Assembly (NCBI GenBank): GCA_001643675.2
Contig: LSRY02000024.1
Span: 806,001-870,000 of the forward strand
Origin: Monocercomonoides exilis PA203
Lineage: Eukaryota; Protista; Preaxostyla
Length of the DNA: 64,000 bases
Direction of reading: 5' to 3'
A model generated the notes under the pieces. That model saw only the letters and a program-made list of their open reading frames with translations. It was not told where the DNA came from and did no database searches. Shown in pieces: positions 23,001 through 36,030 of the stretch. Numbering within the stretch: position 1 is the first letter of the stretch; each line of letters starts with the position of its first letter. Made by a program: the position numbers and the translations under genes.

Positions 23001-26000
23001 AGCGGACAGAAGAGCAGCAGCGGCAGATGAGTGCGGAGATGTCGCTGCAGCTGAACCTGCGGCGGGCTGAAGGGAACGCGGCGAAGGCGCGTGGCTGGCT
23101 GAGCATGGCGTGCACAGTGCTGCTGAGAGACAGGCCTGACGTGAGGAAGCTGGTGATGGCAATGGACCACGCCGCAGACGAGGTGTATGCGTCGCATGTG
23201 CAGTTTGCCTCGTTGTTGCACAGATATCCGAACAATGTGGATATTCTGGTGTCTTATGGACGCTTTCTGTATGAAGTGGCGGGGGCTGACGACGATGCAG
23301 AGATGCTGATGAAGAGGGCAGCGCAGATTAAACAGAGGGAGGCGAACAAGGAGAAGAGCGTGGCTGACAGAGCAAAGGCAAAAGTGGGTGCTGAGCAGTC
23401 AGACAACGAGAGAGAGAATAGAGGAGATGACGCGTTAGCTACGGATTCATCGACTGGCAGAGGAAGAGGAAGAGGAGAAGGAAGAGGAAGGGGAGAGAGA
23501 GAGGAAAGAGGAATGAGAAGAAGCAGCAGTTGCTTCAGCGAAGAGGAGCAGAGGAGGTTTTCTGTGTCTTCGAATGAAGGACTGTCTCGAGATAGTTCCT
23601 CTTTCTCTCGACAGGACCTGTCAGATGTCCATCGGAGTTCGCACAGCCAGCTGCAGAAGAGTGAGAAAGCGAGTGAGTGGCAGAAGGGAAGTCTGCACAA
23701 CAGCAGAAGAAGCAGCAGCATCGATCAGAAGAGGAGCATAAGACCATCTTCAAAGCAAATGGCGATGAAAGGAAACAGAATGGGCAAACAGCAGCAACAA
23801 CAACAACAACAACAAGCGATGAGGCAGAGGATGCAGCGGAAGCAGAAGCAGAAGCGGATGAAAAGGCAAAAAGAGCATCACAGGAGAAGGAGGAGGAGGA
23901 AGCTGCAGCAGCGTGTGAAGCAGCAGAGCAGGACGTTTCCTGTGTTTCTGGGGACGCTTGTGGTCTGCCTGGTGTTTGTGCTGTGTGCAACCGTCGTCTC
24001 CTTCTGCATTGCACAGAGCACTTTCGCCTTCTGCCGCGTAGCTGCAGATGCTGTGAAGCAGACCACGCAGCTGTCAGCAGCGCTTTTGGAGTGTGAATTG
24101 TATGCGAGGATGACTGAGATACAGAGGAACAGCTCAAGCAGAAGGGTAGATGTTCCTGGCTTGTTTCCGACAGTTAACGGAAATGAACACATTGAAGCGA
24201 TGACTCAGTTGAATTTACAGAGAGATTTGCAAAAAGATGCTTATTCTTCAAAAGAATTGGTTTATCTTCAAAATTGTGATGACAACTCATTCCCCTCCCT
24301 GAACCGCTCAATGCATCTTCTGCGATCAGCCTGCCTTCTCTCGTCTTCTCATCTGTCATCTTTGTATTCCTCCATTCCTCAGGAGAGCATCTACGCCTCT
24401 GTCGAAGCCAGCACAATTCCTGTTCTCTTGGCGTCGTCAAAGATGCATGTGGCGTGTGAGTGGTGGGAGCAGAAGATGAGTGTGATCTCACTCACCAACA
24501 CCGCCGTGTCCAACGCCTTCCGCATCTGGAAGCACCCCAATGAAGATGTCTCCATCTTCGAGAGCGGAGTCTTCTTCCTCGGCGCAAACACCGTCATCCC
24601 GTCGATGGAGGCGCTGAAGAAGAACTATTATGCGTATGTAGAGGCAGCCACACAGCGTGCTGACACCATCTTCTGGATGAACTGCTTTTTGGGCTTCTTC
24701 ATCATCGCTGGGGCGCTTGTGCTGCACATTGTGCAATACACCATCTCCATCCGGTCGGTCAAAGCAGACCGGGCGAAGATCTTTCTGAAGATTATGACAG
24801 TACCGAAGGAGAAGATAAGGGCGCTGAAGCGGAAGTTGGAGGAAGGCGCTGAAGAGCGAGGAGAGGAGGAGAAGCTGAAGGAGTTTGAGAACGAGGAGGA
24901 GCAGAGGAGAATACAGAAGCAGCAGCAGAAGGAGAAGGAGACGTCGGGTGGGAATAAAACAGAAGGGCTGAGTGGACTGATTGGAGAGCAAAACACACAA
25001 ACAAAGCAACATTCTGAGAGAATGCAGGGATTTGAGAAGAACTCTCAGAAGATGCAATCATTCCCGTTTTCGGCTTCCTCTTCCACATCCGCTTCTTCTT
25101 CTTCTTCCTCTCTGTCATCATTTCCTCCTCCTCCTCCTCCTCCTCCTCCTCCTCCTTCTTCTTCTTCTTCTTCTTCTTCTTCTTCTTCTTCTTCTTCTTC
25201 TTCTTCTTTTGCATCAGGGTTTTATTCGAACAACCGAAACAACAACAATTTCCAAGCTATGCCTTCTTTCCAGTCAAATATAAATCAAACGAATAGCACA
25301 CCTTTTCCTCCAGGCACTTCTTCACAGTCTTCTTCAATTTCTCATTTTCCTAGCACTTCTTCTGTTTCCTCTTCCTCTTCTTCATCCTCATCTTCATCAT
25401 CCTCCTCCTCTTCCACTTCTCCTTCTACAACTTCTCCTTCTTCTTCAATGCTCACCTCCTTCAAATCTGCCTATCAGCCAGGCGTCTCCAATGAAATGTC
25501 GCGTCTGTCGCTGATACCAGAGACACCCACAACTGAGCTGAACTTCTCATTCTTTGGGATTTCACCTCATCACACCCCAAAACTGGATGGCGCATCGAAT
25601 TGGCAGACAACAACGTCCATTGCACAGCAGAATCCAACGACTCCTTCTTCCTCTTCTTCCTCCTCCTCTTCTTCCACAGCATCTTCCACCACTTCCTCTT
25701 CTGCCTCGTTTGGAAGCCCCAGCCCGATCACCCATCTGAATGCCAATGCGCCTCAGGGTATGCCTGTATGTACGCTTTCACCTGAGTCATCATTCGGTAC
25801 AAGTGTGATATCTCCTTCTTCTCCCTCTGCCTCTCCAAGCCCGCCATCAAGCTCAAATTCCACATCAACTCTGCCTTCAAAGTCATCTTCTTCTGTTGTG
25901 TCTTCGTCTTCAATCGCCAACTCGTCTTCGGCTGCCCTCAGAACAAAAATGTCCTCTTCATCGTCACAACACTCGCTGCACATGCTGTCTGCAGGAGAAG

Positions 26001-27280
26001 TGAAGCAGGAGCAAAAAAACAACAACATAGCACAGTTTGCAGTGATGACTCGAAACTTCTATTCGAAAGAGGCTCCTGTGTGTTCACCAGCCTCTCTGAA
26101 CTCGTCAGCATCGCAGTCGTCTTTCCACTCGTATTCACACAGAGCATCTGCCTCGTCGATTGGGCAGATGCAAAGCAGACACAACTCGCAGATCTCAAAT
26201 GAGCAGCAGATGGCATACAGAAAGGGGAAGGGAACACGAAAAGAGCAGGAGAAAGAACAAGAACAAGAGGTAGGTGGGGGTGTGTTTGATGAGGAGCATG
26301 GGGCTGATGATGCAGAGGAGCAGAAGAGGGAGCGGGAGACGCGGCAGGCGTATGCAGAAGAAGCGATGGGGAAAGTAGGGACGCTGATTCCGCGCTCAAT
26401 GTATGTACAGATTGTGGTGGCGCTGATGTGCATCGTGTCATTCTCAGCGATATACTACTTTATCGGGGCATACACCCTGTGGAACATCACCACCGCAAAC
26501 CATGCAGTCTTCTTGTCCACTCACCGCGCGCAGATTCTGGAGATGTTTGTGTTGTGTGCAGTGAACATTGTCTATGCTCCAACTCTGACTCTTCCGTCTA
26601 TTGCGTTTGTTGTGTCAGATGCAACAAATCCAGCATGGGCAGACTTATCGCACATGTCAGGGAATTCGACACTTGTCCTCTCGCAGATGCGAAAGCTGCT
26701 TCCGTTTGTGTGTGTGCTGAACCGGAAAGTGAACGAAGGTGCCGATGCGGGGGATCCGTTGTATCTGACAGGAGATGAGCTGATTGATGCTGTGTCCACA
26801 AGACGGACGGTGAAAGCGAACACAGTTCTGCACACGCTTCTGATGCAGACGACGCAGTGCATCCCTCTTGTGGAAGGAGACTGCGACGATCCGGAGCGCA
26901 TCTACGGGTTGAATGGGTCATTTGCAGGGCTGGCGGGGCTGATGGAGGAGTTCATTGCATCAGCAGTGACATTGACACAGGTGGAGAACCCCACGCAGAT
27001 AACAGCAACACACAGATCGTTCCAGTTTGTGGTGTCTGCGATGACGCATGATCTGCGTGCTGCCATTGACAGCTTCACGGACATTGTGTCAGAGGACGGG
27101 CGGAAGGAGCTTCAGCTGTACTCAACTTTGCAGATTGTGTTTTTTGTGTTCTCTTTGACAACCACGCTGGGATCGTTTTTCTGCTGCCTCTTCCCAACAC
27201 ACAAGGCTCTTGTGGGACTGGCTAAGAAAACGTCACAGATCAACCAGTATGCTCCCCTGATGAGAGGGGAAGGAGAGTGA
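20081..27280 (+). CDS. TmcB/TmcC-like multipass membrane protein with a TPR-like cytosolic region
   Basis: 2255-aa ORF (20513-27280): about 7 N-terminal TM helices, LL.RYPNN..IL..YGRFL.EV motif, then two TM-extracellular-TM modules. Acceptor TTTGCAG near 20529 suggests upstream exons from about 20081 (start uncertain). Confidence 0.7.
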
Positions 27281-28384
27281 AGGGAATGAGAAAGAATGGA
27301 AAATGACAATATTTGTGAATTGGAATATGTCAATCAAATGAAATGAGCGATATTAAATATGAGTTTCATTTTTTTGTCTATGTTCATTTTATAAGAATTT
27401 GAGCTGGGGAAGGGAGAAGGGGGTCTGCAAATGGATGGTAAAAAGCATCAAAGTGGAAGCGAATAATTTGTTACGATTACTGCATTATCTCATGTGTTCC
27501 ATTCGTCTTTACATCTGTATTTTATTGAATTAATGAATTCTTGTTGGAAAATTGTCTTTCATTCTGTAAAAATTAATAGAGAAGAAACCTTTTCATCTCA
27601 ATGACACGAATTAGTGTATATGTTTGAATTGAATAAAATTGAAGGACGTTGAAGTCTTCAGTTTTATTCATGCATTTATTTATAAATTTGATTTTGTGGC
27701 TAAGTTAAAATCATAAACATTTTTTTAATCTTTATTTTCATATTTAATTAATTATATTTAGATTGTTCATGTATATTTCTATTTTGACTTTTAAAGATAA
27801 ATACTTCAATTTATCACGGGGTTATCATGAAGCCTTTTCTATTTATTATATTTAGCTGATAATTCTTAATTGATTGATTTCGTTCTTTTTGAAAATTATT
27901 TTTTTTTTTATCATTTTTATCGAAAAAAAAACATATTCTTCATTTAATTAAGATTTTTTTGGATTTAAAATAACACTAGCAAAAAAGTCCTATATCGAAG
28001 TTTAATTTTTGAATGAAAAATATTAATTTATTTAATAACACACTCAATTTTTTTCAGAATTATCATATTTTTTGATTGAATAATTTTTGAAGAACAATTA
28101 TGAATTAATAATCCGAACATAACTGATAAGAATAATGAATGGGAAAAAAAAACCAACTTTTTTCACAATCATGAACAAAAAATTCAATTAGTTATCCTTC
28201 CATTCTTTCTTCTGCATTTTCTCCATCAGAAATCTTTTCGCTTTAAGCATTCTTATCGACTGGAGCTGAAAATTTGTCAATATCTTCAATTGATGTGGAA
28301 TTATTTCAGAATTTTCTTCATCTTCCATCATTTCACTCTCATTTTCATTAACATAAACGATATATTTCTCAATAATCAAAAAAG

Positions 28385-29030
28385 AAACTAACTCTGTTTT
28401 TTCATCATTCAAAAAGAAATGTATTCTCAATTATTCATTTCCCATATACCTTGTCTTGAAAATACAGATCTCAGATGTGAACACTTTCCTTCTTCTGTAT
28501 TTGTTCATCCCTGTGTATCTGTATCCACAAAATTCTTTGAATGATTAACTGTTTGATGAATGCAACCTTGATCCTTCAAGATACTAAATGCACACCATTC
28601 ATTGCTCATTATTGTTGTTCCTTGATGAATATGAGATTTGATAAGAGGAACAAGTGTTTCGGCGCTTCTGTCAGGAACGAAAAAACAATTCTTTTTTCTT
28701 TCTTTCTTTTTTTTTTTTTTAATTTTCAAATCTTCTTTTCTTTCAATTTTTCGAAATATCCACATTTGCTTTAAACTTCAATGTCTGTTATATTTTTTTC
28801 TTCACAACCATTTGTCGAATTCAACAGTTTTTTCAACACCTCCAATTATGAAGAGATTGCGTTAGGTTCTATTCATCCATTTAATGAAAAATATACCATT
28901 TCCAATATCCAACAATTTTTTTATGAACTTCTTTCGAAGAACATGTGTGAATTAACATTCGACTTTATCATTGTGAAAAAATGATTTATGAGAATTCATC
29001 GAAACATATTCATTTTATCGCCACACTTGT
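28385..29030 (-). mobile_element. Degenerate Merlin (IS1595/ISXO2-like) DDE transposase remnant
   Basis: Minus strand reads IGGVEKTVEFD...RKKYNR...WIF..IER...VPDRSAETL.PLI...I..GTTIMSN.W.AF..L...G..HQTVNHSKNFVD..T.G*TNT.EG..SHLR, with several stops. Outer limits approximate; no TIRs found. Confidence 0.85.
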
Positions 29031-29098
29031 ATTTTTGTGAATTGTCTTTTTTTTTCAAAAAAACAATTCGAAAACAGTTAATTTATAATTTGTAATTG

Positions 29099-29754
29099 TT
29101 CAACTTGTTATTCAAAATTTATCAAATTGAAAAATGAAAAAATGGGCACATTTTTTGACACAAATTGATTACTGATTGATTGCCGGAAAGCGATCACAAT
29201 ATTGTTTGTTTGAGTTATTCATAAGATGGATAAGAATTTGAATATATTATTCATGTGTTATTATTTTTGAAAAGTCGCGAATTTTTCATTGTCATGTTTA
29301 TTGAAATATGTCTAAATTTTTTTGAAAAGTTCCATTTGCCGAATTTTCAAAAAAAAAAAAAACATATTTTCATCATATTTCTGTTTCCACGTCAAAAACA
29401 TCACTTAACTGGATATCAAAACACAAACAATGTTATAATTTTCATTAAAGTGTTGTTTTAAAAATGAAAACAGAAATATGATGAAAATATGTTTTTTTTT
29501 TTTTGAAAATTCGGCAAATGGAACTTTTCAAAAAAATTTAGACATATTTCAATAAACATGACAATGAAAAATTCGCGACTTTTCAAAAATAATAACACAT
29601 GAATAATATGTTCAAATTCTTATCCATCTTATGAATAACTCAAACAAACAATATTGTGATCGCTTTCCGGCAATCAATCAGTAATCAATTTGTGTCAAAA
29701 AATGTGCCCATTTTTTCATTTTTCAATTTGATAAATTTTGAATAACAAGTTGAA
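29099..29754. repeat. Long inverted repeat 1 (arms 288/287 bp, 81-bp spacer)
   Basis: 29099-29386 versus 29468-29754: one substitution and a one-base difference in an A/T run seen. Confidence 0.95.
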
Positions 29755-30044
29755 TGAATTTTTATTTATTAATTTTTAAATATGAATTCAAAAATATGAA
29801 AGCCTTCTCATTTTTGAGATTTTCCATTTCAAAAAAAAATTCCATTTGGACAACAAATTGGATGGAGGAAATCTTGAAAAGAGATTTATAATTTTCTTGT
29901 AATATATGAACAAAAAGTTTTTTTTTAAGTAAACAAAACCTTCATTTTCAAAAAAAGAAAAAATCACATCACTTATAATATTCAAAATTCATCAAAAATA
30001 CCATTAATTGCTTTCTTTTTAAACCAAAAAGAAGCTTGTTAAGC

Positions 30045-33000
30045 ATGGAAGATCCAGTAAAGACTAAGACCTTACTTGATGTATGTGGAAACACATTTTG
30101 TTTTTTATATTAACCATATAATTTTTTGTTTGCATTTTAAGTTAAAAACTGTTGTGTCAGATCCATCTCTCATTTCTTTCACAACAACCTCTCTTCAATC
30201 AGAAACAGCATTGACATGCCAAACACTCATTGGAGCAGACAAATATGTTATACGTTTGAATCCTCGTAATCCATCACAAAGAGATCAGCACAAAATGGGA
30301 GCAGACCTTGTTGCACCTCATCCCAAATCCAATATTCTTGCACTTAAAGGAGGGCCATCGATTCAAGTGTATAACTTCGATATCGGTTCACGCTTGAAAT
30401 CATTTAAAATGACAGAAAATGTTGTTTACATGAAATGGCTTGACATTTCAACATTGGCTCTTGTCACCACAAACGGTGTTTACCATTGCACAATGGATGC
30501 AGAAAGCATCCCAGAACTTGTTTTCCAGCGCTTACCGCAACTTGAAGGATACAATATCATCAATTATAGAGCAGATGCAAACAAGAACTGGCTTATGCTC
30601 CAGGGATCAATGGTTGATCCTACAACACAACGTCTTATTGGAGCGATTCAAGTTTATAATGTGTCCAAAAAGAAGTCTCAATTTTTACCAGGGAATGCCG
30701 GAATGTTTATTCAAGGGCAACTTATGGGAAAGCAAGTTCAGTCAAATCTTATGGTCATGGCAGTAAACAACAAACTTTTAATAAATGAATTGGACGTTGA
30801 TGCACCAGCAAAAATGATGCAAGATATTCGCTTTTTGGATGATAAGGATGTCCCCATTGCAATGGAATACAGCACTCGCTTTGGATTGATTTTCGTAATT
30901 TCCGCTATGGGATTGCTCTCTGCTTATGACATTGGAGATGCAGCTCTTGTTTTGATGTCAAAAGTTTCGCCTTCGCTTATCTTTTCAACAATCTCTGAAG
31001 AAACAGAGAACGGCGTGATTGGAATAAACCAACAAGGACAAGTTCTATCAATCACAGTCAATCCAAATACTTTGGTACCTTTCATCACTCAAAAGTTGAA
31101 GAACGTTCCTTTAGCTGTACGTATTGCAAGCAGAGCAAACCTGACTGGAACCGAAGAGCTGTTCACCGAACAATTTGAAGCTGCATTTGCTGCACAGAAC
31201 TATCAGGAGGCTGCTCGTGTTGTTGCCTCGTCTCCTGGTGGTGCATTGAGAACTGCCCAGACCATCCAACGCTTCAAAGCAGCTGCTCCTATCCCAGGAC
31301 AGGCATTGCCCATCATGCAGTACTTGGCATTATTGCTGGACAAAGGAAAGTTGAACGAACGTGAATCACTTGAGCTGTTGATTCCCGTTATGCAACAAGG
31401 ACACAAAGAGATGGTTCAAAAATGGATGCAGGAAGGGAAAATCTCTGCTTCTGAAGAACTTGGCAACTTCTTGCGTCAATACGACATTCAGTTGGCTCTT
31501 ATTATTTATTTGCAATCCAAATCACATGAAAAAGTAGCTCAAATCTATTGCGAGTTGGGAGAATACGAGAATGTGATCAAATACTGCAAGAGCAACAATT
31601 ATAAAGCGCCGTACACTGAGCTTCTTAGAGGTGTTTGCCAGATTAACCCTGCTGGTTCCGAGCAATTCTGCAAGCTTTTGTATGACAACGCTCCCGAAGG
31701 ACCTCTCATCGACATTGGCGAAGCGATGGAAATTCTGTTCCAGTTTGATTTGATCAAAGAACTGACTGGCGTGATGGTTGGCGTTCTCGCAAAGAACGAG
31801 CCAACTCAAGCGAAATTGCAGACACGCTATCTCGAAATTCTGCTGCTGAAGCGACCGGATGTTGCAAATGCACTTTTCGAGAAAAGACTGTTTACTGAAT
31901 ATGATCAAGCATATATTGCACATTGCTGCGAAAAAGCAGGTCTCTATAACAGAGCATTGGAACATTATGATGCTTTGCCTGATATCTTGAGATGCATTGT
32001 CTTCACTAACAAGATGACGATGGAGTTTGTTACAAGCTACATTCATGATGTGAGCGAGCAGCGTGATGTTGCTATTGGTACAGCGTGTTTGAAACAACTG
32101 ACAAAGAACAAGGCCAACCTGCCCTTGTGTGTGGAAGTGTGCAAGAAGTGCACAGGCGTCATTGATCCAAAAGAAATGATTACTATTTTGGAGCAAGGAG
32201 GAATGGTTGAAGCTGTGTATCTGTATCTTCAGGGAGTCGCTGCAACTATTGAAGATAAGGAGCTTGTTTTCCGCTTCATTCAATCTGCTGTGAAGACCGG
32301 ACAGATCAAAGACGTGGAGCGCGTTGTCAGAGAAAGCAAGTGGTACGATCCAAAGGAAGTGAAAGATTTGCTGAAGGAATCAAAGATTGAACCAACAGCG
32401 CTGATGATTGTGTGCGACAGATATGGATATGTGGACGAATTGGTGAAGTATCTGTATCATAACAACCTTCACAAGGCCATTGAAAGGTATGTGACAGGAT
32501 TCAACGCTAAAGCTACACCTGTTGTTGTTGGAACATTGTTGGATGTCGAAGCAAACGAAGAATTCATTAACTCACTTTTGGGATTGGTGAAAAACGAATG
32601 CCCGATCGACCAACTTGTCGAAGAATGCGAACGTCGCAACAGACTCCGCATTCTACAGCCATTCCTCGAGGCGCGTGTATCTGAGGACGGAAACACAGAC
32701 CCTGCTTGCCATTCTGCATTGGCCAAAATCTATGTGGAGACAAACACAAATGCTGACCAATTCCTGACTGACAATCAGTTCTACGATTCCCTCGTTGTTG
32801 GTAAGTTCTGCGAGAAACGCGATCCACGTCGTGCTGTTATTTGCTATCGCCGCGGCAAATGTGACCAGGAGATGATCCAACTGACGAACAACAATTCTCT
32901 TTTCAAAGAACAAGCCAAATATCTCGTTGAACGAAGGGACAAAGACTTGTGGGCCCAAGTTTTGAATGAAGAGAACCCGAACAGAAGAGCAGTCATTGAC

Positions 33001-35476
33001 CAGGTTACATCATCAGCACTTCCAGCTTGCAAAAACCCGAATGAAGTGTCTGATACAGTGAAAGCATTTGTTAGCGCTAATCTTCCCAATGAACTGATTG
33101 AGCTGTTGGAAGTCATCATGTTGAGAAAGAGCGACTTCTCATCAAACAGAAACTTGCAAAACTTGCTTCTTATTACTGCTATTAAGGTTTGATTGGAGAA
33201 ATCCAAAAAATTTTGAAGAAAAAAAATTTATTTCAAACATGATTTTGATGAGTAATGATGAGTGCTGTATAACAGCCATATTCATCCGTGTTTTTGACGA
33301 ACCAATGTTTGAATGATATCAAACTTTTTTCTGAATACTCACTCATACTGTATAAAATTTTTTGATATAACTTTTTATCGTTTATTATTGAATGACAAAT
33401 TTTATTTTTTTATCCAATTTTATTTTTAATGATAAAATTTTTATTGTAAAGGCTGGTAGCAATCGCGTTAAAGAGTACATCCAAAGATTGGACAACTATG
33501 ATGGAATCGAAGTTGCCAAGTTTGCTCTTTCATCTGGATTGAATGAAGAGGCATTTGAAATGTACAAAAAGTTTGATCATCACAAAGAAGCCATCGGAGT
33601 TCTTTTGGATCAAATTGACGATGTTGAGAGAGCGTATGATTATGCTGTTGCTGTTAACACAAAAGAGTGCTGGTCGCTTGTGGCAAAGGGACAATTGGAC
33701 AGAGGAATGGTCGAGAAATCGATCGACTCCTATCTCCGCGCAGAAGACCCGAACAACTACCACGAAGTCATCAGCGCTGCAAGAGACAGCAATCTGTATG
33801 GTGCTCTGGTGAAGTACCTGAAAATGGCAAGAGTGTTGAAGGAGCAACTGATTGATAGCGAATTGGTGTATGCATATGCTAAGATCGATGCCCTTGCAGA
33901 GATTGAGGAGTTTATTTCTCAGTCGAACCAGGCAGATCTCGATGGAATTGGAGAAAGATGCTTCGATGAACAAATGTACAATGCTGCTCGCATTCTTTTC
34001 AATCATATTGGAAATTATGCTCGCTTGGCGTCAACCCTTGTATGCCTTGGCCAGTACCAGGGAGCTGTGGATGCAGCAAGAAAAGCTCAATCAATCAGAA
34101 CTTGGAAAGAAGTGTGCTTTGCATGTGTTGATGCACATCAGTTCCGTCTTGCACAGATGTGTGGTGTCAACATTGTTGTTCAGGCTGATGAGCTGGAAGA
34201 ATTGGTTCAATACTACACAGACAGAGGCAGGTTCGAAGAAGTTATTTCATTGCTGGAATATGCAATGAGATTAGAAAGAACACATATGGGAATGTTCACA
34301 GAATTGGGTATTTTGTACTCTCGCTTCAAGCCTGAGAAGCTTATGGAACATATTAAATTGTTCCACTCAAAGATCAACATTGCCAAAATGCTTACAGTCT
34401 GCGAACAGAATCTGCAATGGTCCGAGTTGTGCGTGTTGTACTGCCATTACGACGAGTATGACTCAGCTGCCACAAAGATGATGGAGCATATCGATGCTTG
34501 GAATCATGCACAATTCAAAGATATCATCCAGAAGGTTACCAACATGGAGATCTTCTATCGTGCAATCGATGTGTATCTTAAACAGCACCCAACATTGCTG
34601 TGCGACCTTCTTTCTGTAATGGCTCCTCGCATTGACAACACACGTGTTGTTTCTCAACTTCGCCGTTCTGGAATGCTTGCACTCATCAAGCCATATCTTT
34701 TGTTTGTTCAGTCATCAACAAAACCAGAGATTCCAGAAGTTAACGAGGCTGTGAACGATCTCTATTTGGAGGAAGAAGATGTGGATTCTCTGCGTGCTTC
34801 AATCGAGAACTACCCAACATTCGATCAACTTGGTCTTTCAAGAAGACTCGAAGCTCATCCTCTTCTGAGAATGCGCCGTCTGGCCACATGGTTGTATACC
34901 AAGAACAAGAGATTTGCACACGCTGTGGAGTTGGCCAAGAAGGATCAGATGTATCAGGATGCAATGGTTGCTACTGCAGAATCTGGAGACAAAGATGTTG
35001 CAGAAGAGCTTTTGCGCTTCTTTGCAATGGAGATTGAGGAGAAAGACAGAGCAAGCTGCTTCGCTGCGTGCTTGTACACTTGCTATGAGATTCTTCCACC
35101 TGATGTTGTTATGGAGGTTGCATGGATCGCAAATCTGAGAGATTATGCCATGCCATACTTTGTTAACTCAACCAAAGAGTATGTCAACAAAGTGAATAAT
35201 CTTTCAGCTGAATTAACCGCAATGAAGGAGCAAAAAGCGAAAGAAGCCGAAGAGGAAGCTGCTGCTAAGCCAATGGAAAATGAAGTTATTACACCAATGA
35301 TGGGAATGAGCACATCTGGAATTGCTTCAATGCCACCGCAAATGATGATGGCAACGCCTCCTCCTGGATATGTCCCCACGCCAGGTGGTTATATTCCAAC
35401 ACCGTCTCCACCTTATTATGGCCAGAATGCAATGCAACCAGGCATTCCACCAGCAAGTCCATTTTATTCAGGATAA
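30045..35476 (+). CDS. CHC: Clathrin heavy chain (3 exons: 30045-30080, 30142-33186, 33452-35476)
   Basis: LRT.QTI.RFK, LN..ESLEL, SEELG, CDRYGYV, YDS.VVGKFCEKRDP, NLQNLLLITAIK|A, AQMCG, H.GMFTELGILY; GT-AG introns keep the frame. Confidence 0.97.
33249..33341 (+). ncRNA. U18: Intronic C/D-box snoRNA, U18/SNORD18/snR18-like
   Basis: Terminal stem TGAGTA/TACTCA, C box ATGATGA 33255-33261, guide TCCGTGTTT 33285-33293, D' TTGA 33294-33297, D box CTGA 33331-33334; lies inside the 265-nt CHC intron 2. Confidence 0.8.
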
Positions 35477-36030
35477 TGTGCGTTTCATTAAAAGCTGTTG
35501 AGTTACATTGAAGAATTCATTTTTATCAGATTTTCAAAATGAAACAAGTTAATTTTCTTTTTATACAATTATTTTTAAAAAAAGCAAATAATAATAATCT
35601 GATTTATTTTCAACCTGCCCACCTTTTTTGACTGTTAAATATTTTTTTTTTTGATTCAATAATTCATAAAAGTGATTTGGCGCCTTTTTCACAGATATGT
35701 CGAACAATGATCATAATAAACAAAAAACAAATTTAAACTGTGCCTTTGAAATGACTGCCTACACATATATTTTTGATGATGGAGTGCTGCAAGTGCCGCA
35801 TTCGAGGAATGATGCCAAATGCAGCTCATCAAACACCATCAATTAAATACCACAAACAAAAAAAAAAAAAAAATGAATGAAAAAGAAAAGAATAGAAATG
35901 CACTTGAACAATTAAACTTACAAAAAGAACAGTTTTGTTGCTGTTGGAAACTCATCATTTTTAACATTTTGAGATTTTGCTAAATTTTTGTTCACAGTCA
36001 TTATCTGAACGTTGCAATCCTTGTGCATTT

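Noticed and set aside
29099-29754. Calling the palindromes standard MITEs or Merlin TIRs
   Set aside because: No TSD, no shared termini among the three, and the transposase lies outside the arms
35772-35833. SECIS element interpretation of the hairpin
   Set aside because: Lacks the paired AUGA/GA quartet and apical AA; neither neighbouring gene has an in-frame TGA
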